Assembly (NCBI GenBank): GCA_024279495.1
Contig: JAJRRL010000003.1
Coordinates: 71,661-135,660 of the forward strand
Direction: 5' to 3'
Length of the DNA: 64,000 nt
Origin: Gammaproteobacteria bacterium
Lineage (GTDB): Bacteria; Pseudomonadota; Gammaproteobacteria; JAJRRL01
Numbering within the stretch: position 1 is the stretch's first letter; each line of letters starts with the position of its first letter. The notes beneath the pieces were generated by a model that had not been told where the DNA came from, searched no databases, and worked only from the letters and a program-made list of their open reading frames with translations. This document shows positions 38,792 through 48,889 of the stretch, piece by piece. Both the position numbers and the translations under genes were made by a program.

Positions 38792-39652
38792 GTGTTTAAA
38801 TTATCCAACTCGAATTCGTCTTACCGAATACCTTTTGTTGTTTCGGTATCCCTGCACCTTGTTTTAGTGCTTTTTTTAGTACTGAGCCCTGAGAGCAAGC
38901 AATACCGTGCGCCCTCAGCGGGTGTTGAACATCCAATTGTACAAGCTGTGGCCTTGAAGCAAGCTAGCCTGGATGAAGCAGTTCATCAGTTAGATCAGAT
39001 TAAGCATGCCAAGCAAAGAGCGGAAGCACGCACTTTGAAGCGTCTTAGCATGAAAAACAGACAAGAAGCTCGCGCCTTAAAACGGCTTAACATGAATAAA
39101 AAGAAGGCAGCTCATCGATTGTTCTTACAGCGAGCCGAACAAAAGCGCTTGAGATTACAGACAGTCAAAAGCAAGCAATTGCTAAAGAAAACAACCGCTA
39201 AGTTGGTTAAAGAAAAAGCAGCTCAACAGCGCTTAGCGAAACGACGCGCAGATCAAAAGAAAGCGTTGGCTAAAAAACAAGCTGAGTTGCAGCATGATTT
39301 GATGCAAAGCCAGCTTGTGGGTGAAAAAAAAAACTTACACATAGCGCATAGCCATGGTGCCTTCGATGCCTATCGTGCACGGATTATCAGTCAAATCGAG
39401 CAACATTGGGTGATTCCTCCAGGCGATGCCAACTCAAAGGCGAGCTGTCAGTTATTAGTGCATTTAGCTGCAGGTGGTAAGGTGACATCAGTCAGAGTGC
39501 TTCGTAGTACAGGTCGAGCAGCCTTAGATCGCTCTGCGAAAGTAGCTGTGATGAGAGCCTCACCTTTGCCAGTACCCAAAGACCCGGCTTTGTTTTCATC
39601 CTTTAAGACATTACGCTTAACGCTTAAGCCAGAGGCTTTGCGTCACACCTAA
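38792..39652 (+). CDS. tolA: TolA
   Basis: SVSLHLVL TM motif, Lys/Ala-rich helix, TonB-like C-terminus LDRSAKVAV..SPLPVP. Confidence 0.88.
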   Translation: MFKLSNSNSSYRIPFVVSVSLHLVLVLFLVLSPESKQYRAPSAGVEHPIVQAVALKQASLDEAVHQLDQIKHAKQRAEARTLKRLSMKNRQEARALKRLNMNKKKAAHRLFLQRAEQKRLRLQTVKSKQLLKKTTAKLVKEKAAQQRLAKRRADQKKALAKKQAELQHDLMQSQLVGEKKNLHIAHSHGAFDAYRARIISQIEQHWVIPPGDANSKASCQLLVHLAAGGKVTSVRVLRSTGRAALDRSAKVAVMRASPLPVPKDPALFSSFKTLRLTLKPEALRHT

Positions 39653-39666
39653 TTAGGGAGTTTCTT

Positions 39667-40947
39667 ATGCGTCGATTTATTTGTGCCTTGCTTGCCATTG
39701 CTTGTGTGTCTTCAAGTTGGGCGGTGTTGGATTTAGAGCTGACTCAAGGCTTGGTTGCCGCTACACCGATTGCTGTGGAATCCTTTCAAGGTGACCCTAA
39801 CTCTGCTCAGGAGCGAGCAACGCTTTCGCATGTGATTGAGCAAGACTGTCAAAACAGCGGTGAATTTCGAGTATATACCTCACCCAAGCAAGAAAGTGTT
39901 CAGCATTGGCAGCAGCTTGGAGCGACCGCTTTGGTGCAAGCGCATGTCAAATCGTTATCGGGTAATCGTTTTAGTGTGTCTTTGACCTTGTCGGGTTTAT
40001 ACGAGCAGCTGGATCATCCGCTCACTACTTTGCTTAGCACTGAATTTGTGACCTCTAAGGCGGGTGTTCGGCGCTTGGCGCATCATTTAAGCGATTTGAT
40101 TTATGAAAAATTAACGGGTTTATCGGGGTATTTTTCAACACGCGTGGCCTATGTGTCGGTCGGTGAAGCAGCAAGCCATAAGAAGCGTTATCACTTGATG
40201 GTGGCTGATCAAGATGGTTACCAAGCGCAAACCTTGCTGTCATCCAATTCACCCATCATGTCTCCGGCTTGGTCGCCAGATAATAAACAGGTGGCGTATG
40301 TTTCATTTGAAGGACACAGATCGCGTTTGTATTTGCAAACATTAGCCACAGGCAAACGTCAGTTAATAAGCGCACAGCCTGGTATTAATGGGGCGCCGTC
40401 TTTTTCTCCCGATGGTCGTTCATTGGCTTTAGTGCTTTCAAAAGCAGGTCAGCCGCATGTGTATCGTTATGACGTAAGCACGCATGTACTCACAGCGTTG
40501 ACGACTGGTTGGTCGATTGATACAGAACCTAGTTGGTCGCCAGATGGAAAGCGAGTGTTGTTTACTTCAAATCGAGATGGCTCTCCGCAAATTTATCAGG
40601 TTAATATTGCCGATGGTCAGGTGAGTCGATTAACCTTCGATGGCTCTTATAATGCAAGAGCGCGATGGCTGCCAGACGGGCAAGGGTTTGTGTTTATGCA
40701 TCGAGGAGAGGGAGGTTTCTGTATTGCGAAGCAAGACTTACCCTCAGGGCAGGTGCAGTTGCTCACGCAGCCTGGTGGTAATGAATCGCCGAGTGTTGCC
40801 TCAAATGGTCGAATGATCCTGTATACAACGCATCAAGGCAATCACGATTTATTGGCGAGAGTGTCTATTGATGGGCAGGTGCATGGGTTGATTCATCAGG
40901 CTAGGGGGGACATAAGAGAACCAGCCTGGTCCCACAAAGCACACTGA
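39667..40947 (+). CDS. tolB: TolB
   Basis: Signal peptide; SPAWSPD, APSFSPDG and EPSWSPDG PD40 repeats. Confidence 0.95.
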   Translation: MRRFICALLAIACVSSSWAVLDLELTQGLVAATPIAVESFQGDPNSAQERATLSHVIEQDCQNSGEFRVYTSPKQESVQHWQQLGATALVQAHVKSLSGNRFSVSLTLSGLYEQLDHPLTTLLSTEFVTSKAGVRRLAHHLSDLIYEKLTGLSGYFSTRVAYVSVGEAASHKKRYHLMVADQDGYQAQTLLSSNSPIMSPAWSPDNKQVAYVSFEGHRSRLYLQTLATGKRQLISAQPGINGAPSFSPDGRSLALVLSKAGQPHVYRYDVSTHVLTALTTGWSIDTEPSWSPDGKRVLFTSNRDGSPQIYQVNIADGQVSRLTFDGSYNARARWLPDGQGFVFMHRGEGGFCIAKQDLPSGQVQLLTQPGGNESPSVASNGRMILYTTHQGNHDLLARVSIDGQVHGLIHQARGDIREPAWSHKAH

Positions 40948-41042
40948 TTTTTCACTGAAAAGGCGCTTCTCCGCACCTTCTTTGCCGGTACCGTTGAAAA
41001 ACGGTGTCATCCCGCTAGGCTCATAAGCAGCTACCCCACGGA

Positions 41043-41271
41043 TGTCATCCCCGAGAAACGAAGTGCCATCGGGGACCCAGGCTTGATCCGTTGTTACAAG
41101 GTAACAACTAGCGATCTTTAAAGATTAAGCCCTAGCATTACCGTGAGTACAACCCTGCACATTGCTTTTAAAAATTAAATTTCCTAAATTGATAAAGATC
41201 CTTAGTCCATGCTTCGTACGAACTGGATCAAAGGTAGGCCCCCTACGTCACTTTGTTGCCTTGGGGTGACA
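41043..41271. repeat. Inverted-pair REP-like element between tolB and pal
   Basis: TGTCATCCCCGAG...TTGGGGTGACA with conserved internal modules. Confidence 0.85.
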
Positions 41272-41418
41272 CAAGGGGGTGTCATTCTGCAATGGTATGA
41301 TAACGTGAGGAGAGGCGTACTGAGACGTAGTTTTACAGTATTCTTTCTACTTGCACTTCGTCGATCAGAATGACATCCTTAGGGGTGGTTATCACCGTTT
41401 TAAATTTTAGGAGTACAC

Positions 41419-41958
41419 ATGAATAAGCAATGGATCCGATTAGCGGCGCTTGGCGTTGCAGCAGTCACAGTTTTAGCAGGCTGTCATCGCCCACTGAATG
41501 GAAAATCTCGCGGAGGCTATGGTCAGGGTGCGCAAACACAAGGTTTCTCTGATGAGGCAAGCTATAGTTCAGTTGCTGTTCATCGAGCATCTGATGGTCG
41601 AATTGTTAATCCGCTTAAAGCCCCGACTAGTCAGACTTATTATTTTTCTTTTGATGATAGCCACGTTGAGGGCGATGATTTCACAGCGATTCGTATGCAA
41701 GCTCAGTACTTGGCAGCGCATCCAGCCGCAAGAGTTCGTTTGGAAGGCAACACCGATGATGTCGGCAGTCGTGAATACAATATTGCTTTAGGCTGGCGTC
41801 GAGACCAAGCAATCGCACGCATTTTGAAGCAATATGGCGCTAGACGTTCTCAGTTAATTATGGTCAGCTATGGTAAAGAAAAGCCAGCGCAAGCTGGTAT
41901 GAGTCAACGAGTTCGACTACTCAATCGTCGAGTTCACCTGGTCTACGAGGCATACTAA
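41419..41958 (+). CDS. pal: Peptidoglycan-associated lipoprotein
   Basis: LAGC lipobox, EGNTDDVGSREYNIALG, VSYGKEKP, NRR. Confidence 0.95.
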   Translation: MNKQWIRLAALGVAAVTVLAGCHRPLNGKSRGGYGQGAQTQGFSDEASYSSVAVHRASDGRIVNPLKAPTSQTYYFSFDDSHVEGDDFTAIRMQAQYLAAHPAARVRLEGNTDDVGSREYNIALGWRRDQAIARILKQYGARRSQLIMVSYGKEKPAQAGMSQRVRLLNRRVHLVYEAY

Positions 41959-41959
41959 G

Positions 41960-42934
41960 ATGGCAAAGCACAAGGATTTTCAGTGGGTGAAATGGCTGCT
42001 GGCTGGTTCATTGGCCCTTTGGTCAACAGCAGGCATGGCCTGGTCTTTTGGGAGCGCTCCACAAGCACCTGTTGAAGAAGCGCAAGCCGATGATAGCGGC
42101 ACGACTCTTGAGACTAGCGAAGAGGCCCAACCAGAAGTGTCTCAGCCAGAAGCAGATGCTTCTGATCAACAAGAAGAGAAGCCCAGCTACACAACGGAAA
42201 GAGCTACCTGGGAAGATTCAGCTGAAGAATCGCGGGGAGAGAGAGGGCCAGCGATTCATCAAGAGGCTTCTGCTGATCAAGACAGCGACGCTTCATCAAA
42301 TGTGGAGCAGTTGTCTCGTCAGGTAAATAATATTGTTAATATGAATTTGCCGGGTCGAATCGATGAGCTTCAACAGGCTGTGGCTCGTTTGCGCGGTCAA
42401 CTACAAGTACAGCAGCATCAAGTTCAGCAATTAAAGTTGACGTTAAGCGCTCGAGCTAAAGCGCGACCAGTGTTTAAATCAGCGTTAAAAGTAAGTGCCA
42501 AGCCAGTAGCGCCTTCTGCAGTGGCAGCTGCTCAGTCTCAAGATACGGCTGCATCTAGCCAGAAAGCGTATTCACAAGCATTCGATGCCTTGATGAAAAA
42601 ACAGTATAGCGAAGCAAAAACAGCTTTTTTAGATTACGTACAACGCTATCCTAACGGTGCTTATATTAGTAATGCTTACTACTGGTTAGCTGAAATTGCT
42701 TTGGTGAAGCGCGATTATGATGCCGCTCAAAAGCGTTTGAATATCGTTATTAAACTGTATCCGACAAGCAGTAAATATCCGGATGCGCGATACAAATTGG
42801 CCATGACTCATCTGAAGATGCATCAAACAGCCAAAGCGCGAGAGGAGTTGCAGGCTTTAAGCCATGAATACGCCGGTAAGACAGTGGGGCGTTTGGCTAG
42901 TATTGCCCTCGAACAACTCGACTTAGACCAATAG
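41960..42934 (+). CDS. cpoB: Tol-Pal protein CpoB/YbgF with acidic N-terminal extension
   Basis: Signal peptide, coiled coil LRGQLQ, TPR motifs NAYYWLAE and YPTSSKYPDA. Confidence 0.88.
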   Translation: MAKHKDFQWVKWLLAGSLALWSTAGMAWSFGSAPQAPVEEAQADDSGTTLETSEEAQPEVSQPEADASDQQEEKPSYTTERATWEDSAEESRGERGPAIHQEASADQDSDASSNVEQLSRQVNNIVNMNLPGRIDELQQAVARLRGQLQVQQHQVQQLKLTLSARAKARPVFKSALKVSAKPVAPSAVAAAQSQDTAASSQKAYSQAFDALMKKQYSEAKTAFLDYVQRYPNGAYISNAYYWLAEIALVKRDYDAAQKRLNIVIKLYPTSSKYPDARYKLAMTHLKMHQTAKAREELQALSHEYAGKTVGRLASIALEQLDLDQ

Positions 42935-42970
42935 AGAAGGTCGAAATGGTTTCTTTTTCCCTTCTTCTTT

Positions 42971-43066
42971 GTCGAGACTGTGCTTCCGGTCACTTGCATC
43001 AAGTGCGAGTACTCCGACGGGGTAGTGTCTTCCGGTATCGCGATGCGATTCGGTCGACGCTTTTTT
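42971..43066 (+). other. Highly structured GC-rich noncoding element ending in T6 (candidate ncRNA or 3' element)
   Basis: Three hairpins, a closing GTCGA/TCGAC helix and a duplicated CTTCCGGT. Confidence 0.4.
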
Positions 43067-43143
43067 GATGATACTTATCACAGTTAAATTTAAGCAGAAC
43101 CTTAAACATTTGCCGCTCGAGAATTAGCAGCTACCCCCATTTT

Positions 43144-43623
43144 TGTCATCCGAAGGCAATGTAGTGACGTCGAGGACCCAGGCTTGATTCGTTGTTATAA
43201 CGTAACAACTAGCGATCTTTAAAGATTCAGCCCTAAAATAAAATAGCCCTAGCCTCTTGTCATCCCCAGAAATGCAATGACGTCGGGGACCCAGGCTTGA
43301 TTCGTTGTTATAACGTAACAACTAGCGATCTTTAAAGATTCAGCCCTAAAATAAAATAGCCCCAGCCACTTGTCATCCCCAGAAATGAAATGACGTCGGG
43401 GACCCAGGCTTTATCCGTTGTTACAACGTAACAACTAGTGATCTTTCAAAATTTAGTCCTAACTTTACCGTGAGCCGAGTTCTGCAGATTGCTTTTAAAG
43501 ATATGAATTCATATAGATCCTTACTCCATGCTTCGCACGAACTGGATCGAAGCTAGGCCCCCGACGGCACTTCGTTTCTGGGGGTGACACGTGAGGAGTC
43601 ACGTTATTGCTTTCGGGTGACAC
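43144..43623. repeat. Tandem ~114-bp REP-like units followed by an inverted partner
   Basis: Units start at 43144, 43258 and 43371; reverse unit ends at ~43590. Confidence 0.88.
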
Positions 43624-43695
43624 ATAGAAGACATGGAGTTGCTTCTTCCCCTAAGCTCAGGTAAAGTTGTTTCTTTTTAGAACAAGGCTGGACTG

Positions 43696-44337
43696 GTGGA
43701 TCGAGAGAATAGCTGCCGCATCACGGAGATTTTTTACTCCCTACAAGGCGAGTCATCCAGCATGGGTTGGCCGACGGTGTTTGTTCGCCTCACCGGCTGT
43801 CCTCTGCGTTGTGGGTATTGTGATACAGCTTATGCTTTTCATGGGGGCGAACGTCAGTCGCATGAGGCTATTTTACAAGAAGTCTCACACTATAATGTCA
43901 AACACATTTGCGTGACCGGTGGAGAGCCATTGGCGCAACCCTCTGTGTTGCCTTTGTTGACCATGCTCTGTGATCGTTATTCAGAGGTATCGATAGAAAC
44001 CAGCGGATCTTGTGATATTGCACCGGTCGATCCACGCGTTCGAATGGTCATGGATTTAAAAACGCCAGGCTCTTTGCAAGAGCATTTTAATCGTTACGAA
44101 AATATTCCGCTTTTAAAATCGACGGACGAAGTAAAATTTGTAGTGACTGACCGTGCCGATTACGATTGGGCAAAAGACATTATTAAAAAGCATGCCTTGA
44201 TTGATTGCGTGAATGTGTTGTTTTCACCGAGCCATGGCGAGGTATCGTCAAAAGATTTATCGGAATGGATTTTGAAAGATCAGCTGTTGGTTAGGTGCCA
44301 AGCTCAATTACATAAAATAGTGTGGGATCAACGCTAA
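43696..44337 (+). CDS. queE: 7-carboxy-7-deazaguanine synthase
   Basis: EIFYSLQGE, FVRLTGCPLRCGYCDT, VTGGEP, IETSG, DLKTPGS, QLHK. Confidence 0.95.
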   Translation: MDRENSCRITEIFYSLQGESSSMGWPTVFVRLTGCPLRCGYCDTAYAFHGGERQSHEAILQEVSHYNVKHICVTGGEPLAQPSVLPLLTMLCDRYSEVSIETSGSCDIAPVDPRVRMVMDLKTPGSLQEHFNRYENIPLLKSTDEVKFVVTDRADYDWAKDIIKKHALIDCVNVLFSPSHGEVSSKDLSEWILKDQLLVRCQAQLHKIVWDQR

Positions 44338-44700
44338 AAAAGCCCCAGCCACTTGTCATCCCCAGGAACTTTCGTGACGTCGGGGACCTAGGCTTGATTC
44401 TGTTCGCATGAAATGCGGACTAAGGATCTGTCTAGATTAATAAAACTCTCTTCAAAATGCTCATGTACTCCCATGTACACTCCGCTTTTTCATCGATTTT
44501 TTGTCTAACCTTGTCTCAAAGCTGGAAATTTTGTGAGGCCCCATTTTCGGCCAAAATAAAATAGCCTTAACCATTTGTCATCCCCAGGAACTTTCGTGAC
44601 GTCGGGGACCTAGGCTTGATCCGTTGTTACGAAGTAGCAACTAGTGATCTTTCAAGATTTGATTCTAAAATAGCCCTAACCTCTTGTCATCCCCAGAAAC
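44336..44700 (+). repeat. Composite repeat locus: two REP-like units, an RPE-like module and a truncated unit
   Basis: Cores at 44354, 44576 and ~44685; GCTCATGTACTCCCATGTACACTCCGC module. Confidence 0.85.
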
Positions 44701-44729
44701 CTCGAACTTCCTGCGTATACACTTTAACG

Positions 44730-47474
44730 TTAGGGTCCGTCAGGAGTATCTAAATTTTCAGTAGCTGGAGTTTGTTTTTTTTCTTTAGGTGCAGAGCCTG
44801 CTTCTGTAGATGTAGAGCCTTCTTTTGTAGGCTCAGCATGACCTTTTGCTAATAAATTTTTAACGCTTTTCCGATTGGGGTCTGTTTTAAACGCTTTTAC
44901 GAGAAGAGGGGCGACAATAGCTGTTGTTACAACCAAGACGGCTAAGATAGCAAGCCCAATGCCAATAGGAGTGAGTAAAGCAGGAGCAGCAAGAGCTAAA
45001 ATAAATGGAACTGCAATTGCTAGTGTAAGGCCTGTGCCAGTAGCAGCGGCTGCGCCATAGAGCCATTTGTTGTGAGTGCGTTCTTGTTTTTCAAAAGCTT
45101 GTTTTTTCTCGTGCAAGTTACTTTGGATGCGAGGTTTAAAAGCCCTTTGAAGGGTGGTTGCGGCGCTGGTTTTTTCTTGTTTTTGAAGTCGCTTCTCTTC
45201 TATGGCGACACCCGCCTGGTAGGTCTGAGCCATGTCATTAAGGAGAACATCAGTGCGGTGCGAAGAATTTTTTTTAATGTCAATGTTTCGAGGGCTGGCA
45301 TAGCTGGTAATGCTGTTTGTGATTGCCTCTTTTAAAAACTGCTTATCATCAGCAGGTGTCTCGTTGGATAGTAGCACTTTTCTCATTTCTTTTGAAAAAG
45401 CAGGCATACCACCTTGAATGGCTGCCTCAAACAGGTCAGCAGAAATAGCATAGCAGTTTTCAATTCCTTGACTACCCTGTTTGCTATGTTTTTCATGATA
45501 GTCACCAAGAATAGAAAGCAGCAGGGTGCAGTCGTGTTTGTTGATGACTAAGGTTGCTTTACTAGTGTCTATTCTGACTAAATCCGTTAGTATTTTTTTG
45601 AAATTAGTAGAGGGATCGTTCTCGCTTGTGAGGGAGATTGCCTGTTCGAATTTGTTGGCAGAACCATCAAACACTTGGCGTGCAGCAGCTGGAGTTGCTC
45701 TTGATAAAGCATCGATATATCCGTCAGGAGTATCTAGACCTTGGTTTGTTAGAGTGACAGGAGTGCTACAGCCTTTGATGTAGCTAGAGATAGAGGTAAT
45801 TTTACCATTGGCGACTGTCCATTCGGTCCTATAGCCTAGATCATCGACGGCTTTTTTCGTTGACTTACTTCGTTCAAAAATGGTGGCTGGATCAGGAGTG
45901 TTTACATCGTTTATTCGCTTAAAAAGATCAGGGTGTGAGTTGGCTGCCTGAGCAAAAGCCAAATCAGCTAAGCCTTTCGTTGCCAAGAGAAAATGAGCCT
46001 GATTGTAGTTGGTGACACCTTTTCTCGGGTCATCAAGGGTAGAGAGTTCGGGTTTTTCAGCCCCACCTGTTTTTGTTTCAGCAGCAGGTTCTTTAGTTTC
46101 TTCCCTTTCCTCCGTAGAGCCTTTTTCTTCTTTGAGCCCATAAGTTTCTTCAGAATCGTTGACGCTTAAGGGGTCTATAGCATAATGCATTTCTTGCATA
46201 AAGCCTTCTCGAGCTCGAGCAGAAAATTCTGCTTCTTCTTCGCTTGCTTTACCGCCAGGGCTAGAGTATTGAACAGAGCCGGTGCTTGAGTCGATTGAAA
46301 TGCTGTATTTCTCTAAGGTGGCATTGGTAAAATGCTCGTCTACGCCATGCTCTTTGGCCTCCACGATAACACGTAGGAGAGCTTGGTTCTCCATGTGTTG
46401 TGTGACATGAGCTTGGTGCTTGGTTTCTTTTGCGAGAAGTGTGTGGTGAATCTCTGTGACAAAATCAAGGACTCCTTTCGCATGCTTTCTAAGATCCTTT
46501 GTTTTTGTCAGTTCAATTGTTTTTTCGCCTTTCTCGCCTTTTCCTTCTTGAGCAGGAATGCCATGTTCTTTGAGTTTGCCAAGGATGGAATCAAGGTCTA
46601 TGCCTTTGAGCTCAGCAGCCCTCATGGCACCTAGAGCAAAAGAGGTGACTAAGTCGTCTTTGTCTCGCCCACTGATAGAGACGCCCTGATATGTTTTGTT
46701 TAAGAGTAGTTTTTTTGTCTCTGCTAAAAACGCTTTAAGTCCACCGTTAGCAGCAACATCAAAAAGGCAGATTCGCAAAGCCTCTTGGCTAGCAAGGTTA
46801 GAACCGCTTGTAATACCAAGTGTGTGGGCAATCACACTCATGTAGTGTCCATTGATGGAAAGGGAGGCTTTCCCTAGGCGCGGGCAATCTTTGATTAAGG
46901 TTTTTTTGGCATCTACTAGGTCTGTGGAGTCATTGGGCGTTGCTACAAGTCTAAAGCCTTCAAACGTAGAGCTAAGAGGAGAGTCGAATACATTCCCTCC
47001 TTGAGGGTTGACTGCTCGTTCTAATTCATGCCCTGTTTTGTTTTTTATGTCATCGTAGTGAAGGGCCGCTCGGACCTTGCTGTCTGCTGGGAGGCTCTCT
47101 GATAGATTACCTAAAAATGTTTTAAAAGCGACTCCACTTTTCGCTTGCTTAGGATCAGGAAGAAAAGGAGCTTGAATGGTTGTGCCATTTTTTAGAGTGG
47201 CTTTACCGCTCATATTAGAAGTGCGACCCCTTTCTAAAATGAGTGATGTTGAGCTGCTTATTTGCTTTTCGAATGCTTCTTTTTCCTGCATGAACTTTTC
47301 AAGCGACTCCTGGGGCAGCGGGGTGGTTGCCGCTGCCATGATGCTTTTGGTTAGAGCTGAGGGATAAAGGAAGAGACCTTGAACGTAGCCGCTTATACCC
47401 CGATTAGGGTCATTCATAATGGCATCAATGGCTTCTTTCTGTTCAGGTGATGCTTGGTCTTCTCTGCGGGACAT
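44730..47474 (-). CDS. Large orphan protein: two copies of an unknown domain, IQ-like motif, C-terminal TM hairpin; candidate effector
   Basis: AGGAG RBS and TTGCAG-N17-TATAAT promoter; similar to the neighbour at 47558. Confidence 0.8.
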   Translation of the reverse strand: MSRREDQASPEQKEAIDAIMNDPNRGISGYVQGLFLYPSALTKSIMAAATTPLPQESLEKFMQEKEAFEKQISSSTSLILERGRTSNMSGKATLKNGTTIQAPFLPDPKQAKSGVAFKTFLGNLSESLPADSKVRAALHYDDIKNKTGHELERAVNPQGGNVFDSPLSSTFEGFRLVATPNDSTDLVDAKKTLIKDCPRLGKASLSINGHYMSVIAHTLGITSGSNLASQEALRICLFDVAANGGLKAFLAETKKLLLNKTYQGVSISGRDKDDLVTSFALGAMRAAELKGIDLDSILGKLKEHGIPAQEGKGEKGEKTIELTKTKDLRKHAKGVLDFVTEIHHTLLAKETKHQAHVTQHMENQALLRVIVEAKEHGVDEHFTNATLEKYSISIDSSTGSVQYSSPGGKASEEEAEFSARAREGFMQEMHYAIDPLSVNDSEETYGLKEEKGSTEEREETKEPAAETKTGGAEKPELSTLDDPRKGVTNYNQAHFLLATKGLADLAFAQAANSHPDLFKRINDVNTPDPATIFERSKSTKKAVDDLGYRTEWTVANGKITSISSYIKGCSTPVTLTNQGLDTPDGYIDALSRATPAAARQVFDGSANKFEQAISLTSENDPSTNFKKILTDLVRIDTSKATLVINKHDCTLLLSILGDYHEKHSKQGSQGIENCYAISADLFEAAIQGGMPAFSKEMRKVLLSNETPADDKQFLKEAITNSITSYASPRNIDIKKNSSHRTDVLLNDMAQTYQAGVAIEEKRLQKQEKTSAATTLQRAFKPRIQSNLHEKKQAFEKQERTHNKWLYGAAAATGTGLTLAIAVPFILALAAPALLTPIGIGLAILAVLVVTTAIVAPLLVKAFKTDPNRKSVKNLLAKGHAEPTKEGSTSTEAGSAPKEKKQTPATENLDTPDGP

Positions 47475-47557
47475 AATGGCTCCTATTACTTATCTTCTCA
47501 TTATAATGCATTGCCAGGCTAACTGCAAAATTAATGAACACAAAAAAGACTTTGTAT

Positions 47558-48874
47558 TCAAAGAGTAAGGAGAGACTTCCCTTCTGTTATCGCTAAGGGA
47601 GTTGTTTTTGAGAGAGCAAGTCGTGATAAGAGCTTTTTCGAAGGTTCGTTTTTAATGGCTTTGGCGGCGCAAAACCCAGCTAAAAGGGCTGTTATTAGCA
47701 TCAGGCAGGCCAAAGCAGAGTAGAGAGCACCTGCAGAGATGTTTGGGATGGCGCTTAGCAAGGTGGGAATAACAATGCAAGTCAATGTTGTACCTAGCGC
47801 CAAAGAGAATACTGAGCCAATCAGCCACAGCTTTTGTCTTTGGTATCTACTTGGAACTTCTACCATTTTGTGAATATCCAAGACAAAATCGAGAGTGGCT
47901 TGGGTGCTTAGAGGTCTTAGGTTTTTGAACAGGGCTTTGGCGGTAACGGCGAAGGTGTTTTGGTAGCTTTTTCTTCTGTCTTCTCCTTTTACAGGGCTGC
48001 CTTCTTCAAAGTGGATATGATGGTTGGTGAGAGCTTCCTCTAGCATCGGCTGCTTAACCCCGATCGATCGAGCAGCTTTAATGGCTCCTTGTAAGCAGCA
48101 AGTTTTAAGTTGATCTCTGCTTTTATCATTAATAAGTAGCCCGTGGTAGTAAGCTTCCCCGTTTGTGTTCAGGATTTTTTTTACTTCAGCTAAAAAGCCT
48201 TTGATACCTCGTTGAATACTGATATCAAATAAGAGTATTCGTAATGCTGCTTCTGCTGGTTTTGGTTGATCCCAGCCAATGATGGCTGCGAGCACATTAA
48301 AGAAATGATGATTCAAATACAAAGTATGTTGAGCGGGAAATCGCTTTAAATCACCGAATAAAATGCTTTTTTGCTCTGATGGATCACCAAAAACATTTGT
48401 TGTGTTGACGACATTGAATAGTATTGTTATGAGCTCAGTGACTTTGATGTAAGGTTTGAGGGAGGCAAAAGAAACCAGTTTTTTTATTCGGCAAATAATG
48501 TTTTGAAGGCTTTCTTTGGAAGAGTTTCCGCGTGCTTGAACAACAAGAGGCTCTTTTAAGTCATGAACATAACTAATGATGTTTGAAATGCGGCCTTTCC
48601 TAGCGCTTATGTAGGTTGAGCAACACCAAGAATCTAGCTTTTTACTCAGTCTGTTGTTTTCATTGAAAGCGTCTGTTCTAAGGTTGTTGGGGTCTGATAA
48701 GTACTGGCCTTCCCACATTTTAAGCAAAGGTTCTACTGCAGAAATAGCTAAAAATAATTGCCCCTGGGCATAGTTTCCGAACCCTCTTTTGGGGTCGTTA
48801 AGTATGTGAGCAATGACGTCTTGCTGAGCTTGTCTTGGCATTAAAGTATCTTCTTGAGTAAGCTTATAAAGCAT
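47558..48874 (-). CDS. Orphan paralogue of the 914-aa protein N-terminal domain, with C-terminal TM hairpin
   Basis: ILNDPKRG vs IMNDPNRG, ALRILLFD vs ALRICLFD, LDFVLDIH vs LDFVTEIH; true start may be ATG 48841. Confidence 0.78.
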   Translation of the reverse strand: MLYKLTQEDTLMPRQAQQDVIAHILNDPKRGFGNYAQGQLFLAISAVEPLLKMWEGQYLSDPNNLRTDAFNENNRLSKKLDSWCCSTYISARKGRISNIISYVHDLKEPLVVQARGNSSKESLQNIICRIKKLVSFASLKPYIKVTELITILFNVVNTTNVFGDPSEQKSILFGDLKRFPAQHTLYLNHHFFNVLAAIIGWDQPKPAEAALRILLFDISIQRGIKGFLAEVKKILNTNGEAYYHGLLINDKSRDQLKTCCLQGAIKAARSIGVKQPMLEEALTNHHIHFEEGSPVKGEDRRKSYQNTFAVTAKALFKNLRPLSTQATLDFVLDIHKMVEVPSRYQRQKLWLIGSVFSLALGTTLTCIVIPTLLSAIPNISAGALYSALACLMLITALLAGFCAAKAIKNEPSKKLLSRLALSKTTPLAITEGKSLLTL

Positions 48875-48889
48875 GGATGTTACCTTGCA

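Noticed and set aside
42940-43066. CsrA-titrating Rsm sRNA on the minus strand, or a preQ1 riboswitch for queE
   Set aside because: The motifs are mostly CCGGA/TCGGA, not ANGGA in loops. G-U pairs favour the plus strand, and there is no preQ1 consensus.
43086-43106. Second PmrA box (TTTAAGGTTCTGCTTAAATTT, minus strand)
   Set aside because: The half-sites are 12 bp apart rather than 11, and no downstream ORF is present.
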